Assembly (NCBI GenBank): GCA_040285855.1
Contig: JAUFOQ010000010.1
Span: 1,240,001-1,304,000 of the forward strand
Origin: Eukaryota sp. GEM-RC1
Lineage: Eukaryota
Direction: 5' to 3'
DNA: 64,000 nt
Positions 13,245 to 26,210 of this stretch are shown in pieces. Every line of letters begins with the position of its first letter. The first letter of the stretch is position 1. The notes below the pieces were generated by a model. The model did no database searches, had not been told where the DNA came from, and saw only the letters and a list, made by a program, of their open reading frames with translations. The translations under genes and the position numbers were made by a program.

Positions 13245-13879
13245 TTCCAATTAGTCTCACTGAGACTAATACAGTACGTCATTTTCACTGGTCCCATGTC
13301 GGAATTAGTCTCACTGAGACTAATTTCTAGTGAGAGTAATTGCAAATAGTCTCACTGAGACTAATTATTTCACACTTGTATTAGTCTCACTAAATTTTTA
13401 TAATCATGACATAATTTGTCTTTCAAACACCTTCCCCTAATTCAAGTTACCAATCTCTATAACAAATAAACTATGCCCTTGATATATCTGTGTTTCTTCT
13501 CGATTTCTTGAAGATCCACGGTCAACTTATATTCATACCAAACCCCAGTTTCATCTCAAAATGGATCTTGGAAGATGCTCTGAGCCTTACAGCTACGAAT
13601 GAAGCTATAAAAAATGATTCAGAGCGGTCAGAGGGGAATCATATGGTTAAGTAGGTTTAATTTTTGTCCTATCAGTAGAAAAGTTCTTCTAACTGTAACA
13701 GCTCATTCAATCATTTGTATTTTTGTTGCATCTTTTCAAAAACAAAAAAAGTAGTATTTTGGAGGTCAAAATTGAAACTCTCATATCGGAATTAGTCTCA
13801 CTGAGACTATTTTCTAGTGAGACTAATTTGTTAGTGAGACTAATTGAAACAGTCGGTGTAACAGACACTAACTAAAGTA

Positions 13880-15060
13880 TCTAAACTATGATGCTTCTGT
13901 CACCAAACAACTTACCTAAAATTGAATTAAAATATATGTTCATTAAACGAAACAACCCAAACGATAACCTGTTCAACCATAAACTTTCATTGAAATTTTT
14001 ACGGTACTCAGAACACAATTTACCAATAGAAGTTAAAAAGCTTGTGCGGCTGGTCCAACATTACATTATCAAAACAGCACAAAGCGCGGGACTCTGAGTG
14101 TTAGCCAAGCTAATACGGTTTTTAAAGTCCAAGCATTCGTGAAACAAAACAAACTTCTTCTGTAACTTACGAACACACAAAGGCAAAGAGAAGATGGTTC
14201 TGTGCTGAATTTCTGTTACCCCAACAGGAAATAAATCTGACCACAAATTGAAGTCAAGATTATCAATTAAATTTTGAAGACTAATTAACCATGTACAAGG
14301 TGAGTGAAGTAAAAAATCTTTCGTTTTCCATAACACAGGATAACGATTCTGAAATTCAAACAAAACAAATTTAAAGACCCCAAAAAGGCACCATCACGCA
14401 TGTACTTAGCTTTCGTGAAAACAATACCACCAAAAGAAGTAGAAGTGAAACATTGAGAAGGAAGTGAAGAGTCTTTGTTACCAACCAGATAACTAACAAA
14501 ATTTGTGCGCAATGAATTAAAATTACGAGATAATTCGAGAGTTAGTTCAGGCGGTAAACCACGTAGATTAATTTTACCACCAAAACAAACTTGCAGCATA
14601 GCAAAAGAATCTTGTTTGCCTACATCTAGATCAACGATTTGGTTAAGCTGCTGAAAGATACAATTATTCTAATGTGATAAAGTCTCCTTAATTTTGTCAT
14701 CATTACCATTATAATTGCCCAAAAACTTGACACATTCAACTGAATAATTGACAAACGGAATGGAAGATTCCCATAATTCAAATCAACTGAAGAACGTCCA
14801 ATGCCACGACAATTTTGAAAATTAATTGAGAAACCAATACTTGAAGACGATTCAACAAAACGAGGAAAACTCGATTTTATGGCTTCCAAAGGGCCAACCA
14901 AAGAGGTATCAACAGCATACGAGTTCAACCTTAATCCTGGGAATTCGCTTGAGAATTGCGAAGAATTCTTGCAACGGCAAACAGAAAAGAAAAGGGCCAA
15001 AAGGATCACCTTACGAGTGGATGAAATCGTAAGAACAATGATCAATGATTCAAATTACTT
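13880..15060 (-). mobile_element. 5'-truncated, internally deleted RLE-type non-LTR retrotransposon
   Basis: GDPFGPFLF and SYAVDTSLVG RT motifs, STSFGGI, and C-terminal LWLNRLSFGLFR; near-identical to 43765-44760. Confidence 0.8.
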
Positions 15061-15098
15061 TTTTCTGGTCTTTGTGTTCGAACATACATTACCATCTC

Positions 15099-18000
15099 AT
15101 GGATAAACGTCCTTGTTTCTTATGCAAGACTATCGATGCTTGTCTCATTGAAGTCTGTTGTGATCGCTATGTTTGCTCCCTCAAATGCCTAGATCAATGG
15201 AGATCAAGTTGTCTCTGCAGTTCATGTACAATTTCTACTTCTACATGTCCCTCTGGTCCCGATGTTCTTCCCTGACTCCGTTGCCACTTCTTCTCCCCCC
15301 TCTCCTTGTTCGATCCCTCCTTCTTCACAGATTATCCAAATACAGGAATCTTTAGTGTCTCTCATCAGTTCTCACATGCTTACAAATCTTTGGAACACTT
15401 TTCCTACCTATAATCAACAACCGCACTCTCGTCACCATCGTTTAACCAACAAACTGCCTGCATTCATCCAACAAGTGGGTTATGTTAGTCACCGTTTCTA
15501 TGTAGCTGCTTTCCTTGGAGTTAAAATGTTCTTTGAGTCCAATATACTTTCTGCTGACGCCTATTACGATCTCCCTTTTCTTCTTCCCACAGCCTGTTAC
15601 TTCCAAGCAGACGTACCATCTGTTGCCTTGATTGTGGATCCATACTGTAAAGTCGAAAAACTTCTTGACCACACTTTAAGAATTACTAGTCTAAAAGTAA
15701 TATATGACGTCACCAATTTGACCCACTTACTTGACAGCTCGTCTACTCTATTTTTACCTAGACTAAGATCTATCGATTTTACCACAAGGTCTGATTCTAA
15801 GTTAACTTCCTTCTGTGAAGCTCTATTGTTGAGCACCACGATTGTTGAATTAAGTATTACTCCAAAAAACGGTTTTTCATCAGACAGTTTTATCACTCTT
15901 ACAGAAGTTTTTACTTCCAGTTCATACATTTAAAAAGGTTAAACTTGTTTCTTTTGAATATTGGGATGATGAAGATGACGACGATGACGAACTCGAGTCT
16001 CTTGTTACTGCTTTAATGACAAATACCAAACTTGAATCAATTGAATTGAATCTTCCTTATGGTAATTTAAATCTTATGGCTCCTCTTCTGGCAATGCCCG
16101 GGCTTCAAACTATCGTGGTACCTCGTGGTGATTATTATGATGGACATCCGTTTCCATCAGTTTTTGATGCTCTTAGAAACAATTCTTCTCTACAACAAAT
16201 AACATTTGCCCACAGTGTTATCGATACTGAGGAAATCTCCAATATTTTAAATTATAATTCATCTGTGAAAAAATTGGACATTATACAATGTAGTTTCACA
16301 TATTTCCATAATTTTCTCGAAGCAAATTCTTCATTATTAGTGTTATCACTTTCGCAGCGTCAGGGTTCAAAAAAACCAAAAAATCTTTACAATGGACTAA
16401 TGGACATGATCCAAACTAACACTAGTTTGATTGTGTTAAATCTGGATGTTTCTTGTTTAAGATATCTACAATTTCAAGAACTCCTCAAAGCACTTGAAGC
16501 TAATTCTACACTTCGGAAAGTGAGTTTTCCCGGGATACGATTAAAACTGACTTCATTAATTACAGTTTTTGAAATTTTATCTCCTCTAAAGCTGCTGTCA
16601 ACTGCTGACATTTCTCCTTATTATATCGACACTAAGAAAGGTGTGTTTTGTTATTCTCCTCAAGAACTTGTCCGCTTGACTTCCGATGAAGTCTCGCTTC
16701 TACAGTCATTTGTAGAGTCTTTTACTATCAAACATCTTACTCTTAAAGAGTGTCGTTTTACTGAAAATGCAATCAATGCTTTGTGTGATTTAATCAGGGT
16801 CAATAATTCATTGATTTCCGTGGACTTCAGCTCCTGTCGTTTATACCCAGAAGATACCATGTTGATAATTCATGCACTTGAGGCGAATTCTGGTTTAAAT
16901 GAGGTGTTTCTCAAAAATTCTTCCTTGGAGTTTAATGCACTTTTACTTATTTTTAAATGCATCACCAGTCATCAATCACCGATATTCTTTCATGTTTCTC
17001 GCTTCTCTGTAGAGCTTTCTGTTGGCACTATATGTTATCGAAAAGATTATCCGATGATGATTTAGTCTTACTTTTGGAAACTTTAAAATCAAATGTTCCT
17101 ATCAAACGTGTAGTTTGTCCAGGATTGAACCGACCAAGTCTAAAAACATGTTTGACATTACTCGAGATTCATTCCTTGAACAAATCTGTAATCAGTTTTG
17201 ATTGCTTTCCTCATTGCATTGACTTGGACAATGGAATAGTTGGTTTTTCTCCAAATAAGTCTATTCCGGTAAGTGTAGAAGAAGTCTCATCTCTACAGAA
17301 TCTTTTGGCTGTTTTCAATATCAAAGAACTTTCCCTCAAAAATTGGCGTTTTTCCAATGACGCAATCACTAAATTGAGTGATTTAATCAGGCTCTCTACT
17401 TCATTGACTTCTGTTGACTTCAATTGTTGCAATTTATCACCTGAACAAGTATTTACATTAATCGGTGCATTTAAGTCCAATTCTTGTTTAAAAACGGTAG
17501 ACATCTCCAACTGCGGAACTAACTTAAATAATCTTTTGGAAATCTTTCAACTAAGTTTAACAGAAGAACTCTTGCCAAATATACAGTGTTCTCCTCATGT
17601 TATTGACATATCTTGTGGTTGTATTCGTTATGAACATCACCTTACTAGTGCTGACTTGGTGTCACTTTTAAATGCTTTAAAATCAAGTGTTCCTGTTAAA
17701 CGTGTTGATTATCGTGGTTTAAATAATTCAAAATTTAGTGATCTTCTTGTTATATTAGAGATTCTTTCCATCAACACGTCAGTTATCGATTTTGACGTCT
17801 CTCCTCATCTTTTAGATATCGAAAATGGAGTGTTTAGTTTTTCTCCCAAAAAAACCGTTACATTGACTTTTGAAGAAATCTTCTCTTTAAGTTCTTTTTT
17901 ACAGAGCTTCATTATGAAAGAAATTCACTTGATTAAATGTAACTTTGTCAATACTACGATCACACATTTATGTGATTTAATTGAAAACAATAATTCACTG

Positions 18001-20238
18001 ACTTCTTTTGACTTCAGCAAAATTCGAATATCTGCACAACATTTTTCTTATTTACTTGAATCTCTTAGTAGTAAGACATCCATACGTCATCTTAATCTTA
18101 GTTATCCTATTCTGGAAGGTATTAGTCAATCAACTCACGACACAATCGTCACCAAATTATGTGACTTAATTAGAGTCAATAATTCACTGACTTATGTTGA
18201 CTTTAGTTCTTGGAAGTTCTCTCCTGATCATTTATCCAGTCTAATTAGTGCACTTAAGGCCAATTCTTCTTTAACAACACTTAACGTAAGTAAAATCGAT
18301 TTTAACTTGGCTAATCTTTTGGCAATCTTTGAACTTGTTTCAGTTGGAAATAACTTGCAAAATCTAGATGTATCACCTCATTTAATTAATCTTTCTACTG
18401 GAGTCGTACGGTATGAAAAGGAACTCGATGGAAGCGATTTAGTCTCACTATTAAAAGCATTGAAGTTGCACAGATGTGTTGAATTCGTTGAGTATCGCCG
18501 ATCAAAGACTCTAAGTTTTGAAGGACTTATGGCTTTATTTGAAATTCTTTCTATGAAGAAAGATTTATTAGAAATTCATACTTCTCCACATTCTTTTGAC
18601 ATTGAAAAGCGTTTCTTTTGTTTTTCTGGTGAAAACACTGAAATCAGTTCTAAACAATTGTTGTCACTTCAAGTATTTCTGGAGCGTTTTAATATCAACA
18701 ATCTGATCCTTACTAATTGTCGCTTCACTGAAGAAGCAATCACTGTTTTGGCGGATTTAATTAAATCCAATAGTTCTTTGACTTCTGTAGATTTCAGTTA
18801 CTGTTACTTTTCTCCTGATCATTTGTACAGTCTAATTGGTGCACTTAAGTCCAATTCTTGTTTAAAAACACTTAACCTGAGTCAAAATGATATTAACTTT
18901 GCTAATCTTTTGGCAATCTTTGAACTTGTTTCAGTTGTAAATAACTTGCAAAATGTAGATGTTTCACCTCATTCAATTGATCTTTCTGCTGGAGTCCTGC
19001 GTTATGAAAATCAGCTCGATGGAAGCGATTTAATTTTACTATTAAAAGCATGGAAGTCGAAATGCCGTCTTAATTTTGTTGAGTGTCGTGGATTGAAAAC
19101 TCTGTGTTTGGAAGAACTTATGGTTTCATATGAAATTCTTTCTATGAAAAAGGATTTGTTAGAAATCGATACTTCTCCACATTCTTTTGACGTTGAAAAG
19201 TGTTTCTTCTGTTTTTCAGGTGAAAACACTGAAATCAGTTCTACACAAATGTTGTCACTTCAAGTATTTCTGGAGCGTTTTAATATCAACAATCTGATCC
19301 TTACTAATTGTCGCTTCACTGAAGAAGCAATCACTGTTTTGGCGGATTTAATCAAATCCAATAATTCTTTGACTTCTATTGACTTCAGTTACTGTTACTT
19401 TTCTCATGATCATTTATCCAGTCTAATTAGTGCACTTAAGGCCAATTCTTGTTTAAAAACACTTAACCTAAGTAAAAATGATATTAACTTTGCTAATCTT
19501 TTGGCAATCTTTGAACTTGTTTCAGTCCGAAATAACTTGCAAAGTGTAAATGTATCACCTCATTCAATTGATCTTTCTGCTGGAGTCTTGCGTTATGAAA
19601 ATCAGCTCGATGGAAGCGATTTAATTTTACTATTAAAAGCATTGAAGTTGAAATGCCGTCTTAATTTTGTTGAGTGTCGTGGATTGAAAACTCTGTGTTT
19701 GGAAGAACTTATGGTTTCATATGAAATCCTTTCTATGAAAAAGGATTTGTTAGAAATCGATACTTCTCCACATTCTTTTGACGTTGAAAAGTGTTTCTTC
19801 TGTTTTTCAGGTGAAAACACTGAAATCAGTTCTACACAAATGTTGTCAATTCAAGTATTTCTGGAGCGTTTTAATATCAACAATCTGATTCTTACTAATT
19901 GTCGCTTCACTGAAGAAGCAATCACTGTTTTGGCCGATTTAATCAAATCCAATAGTTCTTTGACTTCTGTAGATTTCAGCTACTGTAAATTCTCTCATGA
20001 AAATGTCATCGTACTTCTCAATGCGATTAAGATCAATTCTGCCTTAAAATTCGTTAATCTCACTCACGTTCCTATTATTTTGGATAATCTTTTACCTTTA
20101 CTTAATTCAGCTGAACCCGGAGTCCCAATTATTCAAGTTTCTCCTCATTGTGTTTCACGTACATCTGGTGAATTATCTTTTAGTTTGTTGTCTCTTGTCC
20201 AAAATTTCGAATCAATGAGAGTTCTTGAAGATTCTTAG
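15099..20238 (+). CDS. LRR2: RING-like Zn finger plus LRR super-repeat protein (frame-broken)
   Basis: Starts MDKRPCFLCKT...CCDRYVCSLKC...CLCSSC and continues through ORFs 15262-15933, 16016-17065 and 16957-20238. Confidence 0.85.
18217..19989 (+). repeat. Three tandem 591-bp (197-aa) coding super-repeats
   Basis: Homologous anchors at 18217, 18808, 19399 and 19990; near-identical antisense ORFs at 19011 and 19602 are 591 bp apart. Confidence 0.9.
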
Positions 20239-20724
20239 GCTAGATTAATAGAATGACATATTCTCTGACTTCACTTATTTCTAATACGTTTTCTTTTGGA
20301 AATAAATATTTTGGAATACACTATTTTTTCCACCATCAGTTTGATTGATCACAACCAGTTACAATTTGTCATCACTCCACATTATAACCAAAGTGATCAC
20401 GTGATCAACACCTGTGAAGTGTTCTGCAATGTAGAGAGGAATTTTTTCTTGTTTACATTCGAAAAAACCGAATAAAATGGCTACAACACATATCATCTAA
20501 CGCAAACACATGGTGTTTAAACTATATTCATTGTGCTACACTTAACAACTGTAGCGGTGTGGTAGTTTGTTTTTCTACCATTAAGTTAATTGTACAATCT
20601 ACCCTGAATATTGAGTGTTCATTTTGGTGTGCTCAATATGCAGCAGAATTCTTGTACAAACGGTCGTTATTGGTTATAATCTAGATTCATAGTACATTTG
20701 TCCAGAAATTGACTTATAAACATA

Positions 20725-21840
20725 ATACTTAGGTTAGGATTATGGCTTTCAGGTCTTTTGAAGCATTCTCCATGTCTTTGTGGTCGTTCAAAGGTTTTCA
20801 ATTTTCATCATTTAGTTAACTGTCAACAATTTATTCGTTTTTTTGATCTTTTATTCACAACAGTATCCGGGATACATGTTTGGATATGCTTAAAGCTAAG
20901 GATTTTCATGGAAAAATTGAACCTTTACTTGCTAATCTTATTGATGAGCCAAAAGTTGATAGAAGTCGTGGTGATATAATTGGTACTTAGTGAACTTGTC
21001 AGGAAATTATCATACATTTTACGATCCTGTTGATCCTTGTATTTTAAGAACAATTTTCAAAAAAAATTGATGATGATTTCTGCTTTTGAAGTGGCTGTGA
21101 AAGAAGAAAATAGAAAATAATGTCACTAAATTAACCAATCCGTGACTTCAATAAAATGTCATTTAGTGGGAAGTAAAGATAATGCACTTCTCTCTCAATG
21201 CTTTACCTCAACATCTTTTGGTGGCATTTGTCTATCAAAAGCAAAGGGTATGCGCGAAGGTGCTTTTTTGGGTTCTTTGAAAAACTTCTTATTTGAATTT
21301 TAAAGTTAGTTATCCACTTATGGAAATCTAAAACAATCTTACTGTCTTCAGAATGTTCTTGGTTTAAAAGTCTTCAGAAAATTGTTGATGGTGGTTGATA
21401 GCACTCTTTGGTCTGCTTTAATTCCTGTCTTGATTTCAGAAACTCAACAAAGATCTATTTTTCACTTCCGTTATGTGTCCGTCAACTTCCGAAAATAATT
21501 GTCTCTTATCATGAAAGATTGGATTATGAGAGTCGTATTAGTTTGGCTAAAATTAAATATCCCACTTTTTGTGCTTTTTGACGGACTGTTTGTCAGTTTT
21601 TTCAGCTTCATTTATTACACGGTTACCCGAAAAATTCTGTTTTGATCCCAAAGATCATGAGTGGCTTATCAATATGCGTTATAGGTTAGATTCATGGCCT
21701 TTTGGCGCCCTGAAGCGCACCCCATGTCTCTGTGGTCGCTCATCGTCTTCCAATTTTCATCATCTAGTTAACTGTCATCAGTTCATCCATATTAGATCTA
21801 TTGTCCATAATAGCCTTCGTGATACCTGTCTAGAGATGTA
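20725..21840 (+). mobile_element. Two adjacent RLE non-LTR retrotransposon fragments
   Basis: SPCLCGRS...FHHLVNC...HNS.RD zinc knuckle and RSRGD endonuclease motifs; homologous to 44400-45288. Confidence 0.8.
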
Positions 21841-22079
21841 TTCAAAATCAGAGAGAAAACAAAGTGCATCTCTACAAAGTCGACCATTAATTGAAATTTG
21901 CAAAAGGACATAATATAATTTGTACTAAACATGTCTAATATGTTTGAGATCAGTCATTGGTTCATCAAATCTGTTTCTCTTGTATTGTTCTGAAGAATTC
22001 AGTGGAGAAACTGCATTTTTAGCATCCTTGAATGCACTTTTTTTGCAAATATCCACAGTAATCACATCAACAACGGTTA

Positions 22080-22430
22080 GTTCATCATTAACTGATGGCA
22101 CTATGACATCCTTCTACTTTAGACATTTCGGAACGTATACAGGATAAGTAGAAGAAACCATTGATGGCTCTAAAACACGTACAACATGTTGAATACGAAT
22201 TATGCTCTCGTGATGTTTCAATTTATGACCGTTTAGGAAAAAGTGCATCGAATTTTAATAGGATGAACAAGCGTTTTGATCATATGTTACTGTTGAATCG
22301 TATCGTTTTTACTGTTTTTTAAAACAATTCCCCTAATCATCTCCAAAGCTGTATTAGCAGTGAGTTCCTTTTATGAGGACAAAGCTGTTGTAATATTTAA
22401 TAGCGACAGATGTTGCTATAATGAAATCAA
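22080..22430 (+). mobile_element. 3' fragment of another RLE non-LTR family
   Basis: Similar to 35335-35560 and 26040-26210; matches the C-terminal pattern (LGKSALDFL, WLNRIVLTI) read in the 35335 copy. Confidence 0.55.
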
Positions 22431-22507
22431 ATTTTAGTTACTTAGTCTATTAAATTTAGAATAAATTTCATCCTTAAAAAAAATAAAAAAAATGAGAAAT
22501 GAAATTT

Positions 22508-23691
22508 TTAGAAATTACTACGAAACGCTGTAACAATGTTATTTACTTGTAATGTTCGCAAATTTGGAAGCGGATGAAACTTCAAGAAATGAAACCACTG
22601 TTTAACAAAATCCTTCAAAATATTCAAATCTTTCTGACAAATTGATCCATCCAATAACTCACTCTTGAAAACAGTAATTTTTTGCCCATATTCAGAATTT
22701 TCAAAATCGTTCAACCTTTTGAATAAAGGCCAAAATCAAACATCAGTCATGATTGTGAAGACTCTCTCCAAAGACGTGTTATAATCTAACTTCATACACA
22801 ATGAAAACACGGCACAAAACACGTCTACATCAATAGAAAAATACATTAAAACTGAGTTGATCCCTTCTCTGCCAACAACATTAATAAAAGCATCTTGTAA
22901 AGAATCAACTGAGTCATGTAATAATACTTCTAACAATTCCATTGCAGTTTCGTTAATTTCACCGGAAAATAACTTTACTAACGCATTAGGATAACGTTGT
23001 GCGAGTTGAGTTAATTGATTCTGAAACTCATCATCAAAGTCAATTTTTAACCCAAACATTCCATCACAATCAGACTCCCAATGACCGTATTTGATGATGT
23101 GATTACGATCGTTTTGTTTTCTACATTTTGCTCCATCATAACACCTGTAAGGAATAAATCGGTCAATGGGATGGGAAAATCTAAATCTATGAACAGGATC
23201 ATTGATACCACGACATCGAGAAGAAAAGCAGCAAGGAGGCAATTTTGAAAAATGTATGAAATATTTAAAATGATCCGGGTCAGTACTTTTACAGTTACTA
23301 AAGCGACACACGTGTTTTCTTTCTTTAAGGTGAATTTTGGCCTCATCACTAGTTTGACCATAGAGGTGTTCACACGTATAAGGATTTAAACAAATTGGAG
23401 TTTCAGAACATTGGGAACAGTTTTACGAACAGCAAAGTTACCAGTATATTTGTTGAGAACTTGTTGGACACCCCCATTTGCTTTACTTCCGAATCGAGAG
23501 CGTACAGTTTCGTAGTCCTGGCGACTGCGAAGAGGATCAGACATAAATTGGAATGTATTTAGTGCTTCAGTTAGGTCAAATTCACAATTATTTTTAACTT
23601 CGAACGGTGTCTCTTTTCCGATTAGATAAATTTCCAGATAAACTTTTCAGAAAGTTTTGATAAGTGGCATGTGATACCGTTTGTCCACCAT
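22508..23691 (-). CDS. Protein with tandem PBZ-like (poly-ADP-ribose-binding) zinc fingers, frame-broken
   Basis: CRFSNCKSTDPDHFKYFIH, CFSSRCRGINDPVHRFRFSH and CYDGAKCRKQNDRNHIIKYGH fit the C-x(4-5)-C-x(6-7)-H-x5-H spacing. A fourth degenerate finger lies in-frame upstream. The 5' boundary is uncertain. Confidence 0.65.
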
Positions 23692-23819
23692 TGTTTCAGG
23701 AGTTAGACATTCAGATTCTGTGTTAGAGTTGTAGACTGTAATGGTTGATTAACAGGTGATTCAATCTCAGCTGTATGAAATACATTGAGCATGAGTACAT
23801 AAATATTGTCGGTATTCAT

Positions 23820-24270
23820 CAGTGTTATCTTCATCAGGGTGAGTAGCAACGATTTGAGACAATATTTGTTTCCTCATTTCTAATGTATTATAGCCAACAC
23901 AATTTGAGACTTAAGACAGAATTTCGAAAACATCTGCTGATGTTGCTTCACAGTCGACAAATTTGTCCATGTACATTAGAATGTATGGACCACAGTCGTT
24001 CAGAGTTTGGAATCGTTGAACTGGTACTCTAGGTATATAGCTGAAGTTTGCCAGATCAAACAGGTGTTGTTGTAATTGTACAATGCCATTGACAGCACGA
24101 GGTAGAATGATGGGAAACTGAGAATTTCGATAACATCTGTTGATGTTGCTTCACAGACCAATATTATTAGTTTACAATATCACAGATTATCAGTGACCAA
24201 TGAGTGGCTGATGTTCCAAAGAGACCGTCATGTATTGGAATTAACAAAAAGGTTTCATACACTTTTTACT
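23820..24270 (-). pseudogene. Ulp1/SENP (C48) cysteine protease relic
   Basis: Minus strand reads FLLIPIHDGLFGTSATHWSLIICD (His motif) and then PRVPVQRFQTLNDCGPYILMYMDKF (Gln/Cys motif). Confidence 0.75.
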
Positions 24271-24289
24271 GTGTTTTTATTGATGGACT

Positions 24290-24580
24290 TTTCCATTGGT
24301 AATTGAACTTTTCGTTCCTTATCATTCCTTGAAAACTTTGTGAAGATTGAAAGAGAAAAATACTTGCAGATGTCGGACATTTGACCTTAGACTTTAGGAA
24401 AATAAAACTGTGGGCTCTACCTATGCAGGTATGGCGACTTCTGTTTCTAATGGTTATTATCTCTCAGAAGGCAATATGAGGAATATCTTGGTAATATTTT
24501 AGCCATAAACAATTTGTACTTTTAGGATATTAATTGTTGGATGTATGTACATGCACACTGTAGAGTTGTTGTTAATAAAT
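24290..24580 (+). mobile_element. Decayed 3' end of RLE non-LTR element (family of 45940-46680)
   Basis: TTTGTGAAGATT...GGTATGG(C/T)GACTTCTGT...CACACTGTAG(A/T)GTTGTTGT matches the 3' end at 46410-46640. Confidence 0.65.
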
Positions 24581-24764
24581 GAGTTTAATTAATAACAGTT
24601 TTCAATTTAGTCAGTCTCAAATTAATACTGATATTATTGTTTTATAGTAAAAAAACACTAAATCATACATTTCTTATGTTAAAGCAGAAGGAAAACCATT
24701 CAATATTCAATCGAAAAGTGTGAATACAATGATGTCTACAATGCTGGTGAGTAATGATTAGATT

Positions 24765-25162
24765 GGAGGTAATATGTCCATCAAACGACGAAGAGACCGT
24801 TCACATGCAGCATCAGACTTCCAGAGAGTTCTTACGAGATGAGAGCTTATCAGTGCTAGTAAAGTCTGCTGAAAATGGATGTGCTTCAGATAAGATACGT
24901 CCTCGCAAGCAAGAGAAGAAGATACGCAGTCGCATACGAGATTGGAAGGGGGTAGAAGAGAAGATGGCATGATGTTACAAGAGTCACACATACTACTACT
25001 AGTAGAAGAATTTTTCTGTAAATCAATAAGACATTTCTGAGAGCAAACAAATAGATCACAACAGACAGCTATGCTATCCGTCACAGTGGCTGTGCAAATG
25101 GTGCAAGAGCGACTTTGCATTGAGAGGAATGGCGAAAACATGTTATATCTCGTTAATTTCAT
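24765..25162 (-). pseudogene. LRR3: isolated N-terminal Zn-finger segment of an LRR gene
   Basis: Near-identical to the LRR4 N-terminus (SRSCTICTA...CCD.FVC.QKC...CDSC) but ends after LPP. Confidence 0.8.
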
Positions 25163-25174
25163 GTTGACGAATAC

Positions 25175-25625
25175 TTTTTTTTAAACAAATACAAATTTAT
25201 TGACAACAACACTACAGTGTGCTTACATCTAATAATCGGTATCTTCAAAGTCCAGATTGCATTTCTGGGATTTTTCACCTACCTTATCCTCATAATGTCT
25301 GCCAAAACATAATAAAGCGCTAGATAAAGAAATCACCATACATTTAAAGATAGCAAACAGCATTCAATTTTTCCCAAATCTAAGACCAAAAGTCCCAGAT
25401 GTGTTTTTACAATCTTCACAAAGATTTCAAGTAATGATGTTGCAGATTCACCTAAAGAACCGAACAGTGAAAAAACAAAAGGATACAACAAGTAATGGTA
25501 GTGGGAAACCGATTTTAATAACTTCAGTTTATCACAATATATTTCCAGTTTTAATTTTTCACCAAAGATCAGCAAAGATTTTCCATCAAGAACTTCTCTT
25601 CTTGAAAGTACTTGCAGCTACTATC
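25175..25625 (-). mobile_element. RLE non-LTR 3' end with AATAAA and A-tail
   Basis: YLLYPFVFSLFGSLGESA motif; homologous to 46260-46640 and duplicated at 34628-35145. Confidence 0.75.
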
Positions 25626-25789
25626 CCAACCATCTCCATGGTGAAATAGGAAACCTTTCTCTTGAGTTATGGTCATTTTGCTTTCGTGCTGATATCAAAG
25701 ATATTCCATGTCGAAACATTTTGTCCTTAAAATTAGGTTCAAAAAGGCTACAAAATCATTTTTTTTATTTTTTTTGAAATTTTAGATTT

Positions 25790-26210
25790 TAGAGTTCGTC
25801 GTAGCTCGACTAAATCCAGCTTTCGCTAATTTTTTAATTGTTTTGAAGGAATGTTCCGATGTGGCATTAGATAATCAAATTCCATAAGTGTGTGCTTTAT
25901 CATTAAATGATCATCGATGGACCACTACAATGCGACTTCAGTGGTATTTATGGCCATTCAAACTGCCAAGTGATCTTCAATGTGGATGCGGACAACAAAT
26001 AACAAATAACGTTTTCTCATTTGTTAAGTTGTAATCGCTACGTAAAAAATAGGATGAGCAGCCGTTTTGATCATATGTTATGACTGAATTGTATCGTTTT
26101 TACTATTTTTAAAACAGTTCCCCTAATCAACTCCAAAGCTTTATTGGCTGTGAGTTCCTTTTATGAGGACAAAGCGGTTGTAAGATTTAAAAGCGACTGG
26201 TGTTGTCTTA
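25790..26210 (+). mobile_element. RLE non-LTR fragment (further family), duplicated at 55925-56340
   Basis: LNDHRWTTTMRL...LWP...LQCGCG zinc-knuckle region followed by C-terminal segment. Confidence 0.65.

Larger units (their letters stand above)
12696..13858. mobile_element. Tc1/mariner-type non-autonomous element (TA TSD) interrupted by a hAT insertion
   Basis: Reconstructed left TIR CACCGATTGTTTCCAATTAGTCTCACT matches right TIR (rc) CACCGACTGTTTCAATTAGTCTCACT. TA flanks both ends (12694-12695, 13859-13860). Confidence 0.75.

Noticed and set aside
13250..13400. CRISPR-like array of palindromic repeats
   Set aside because: Irregular spacing, few copies, located in TIR-element subtermini, no cas genes, eukaryotic context.
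17211..17510. Recurrent short ORFs antisense to LRR genes (also 32217, 40591, 62415, 28617, 38590, 60414)
   Set aside because: Shadow frames of the duplicated LRR coding strand, with no independent motifs.
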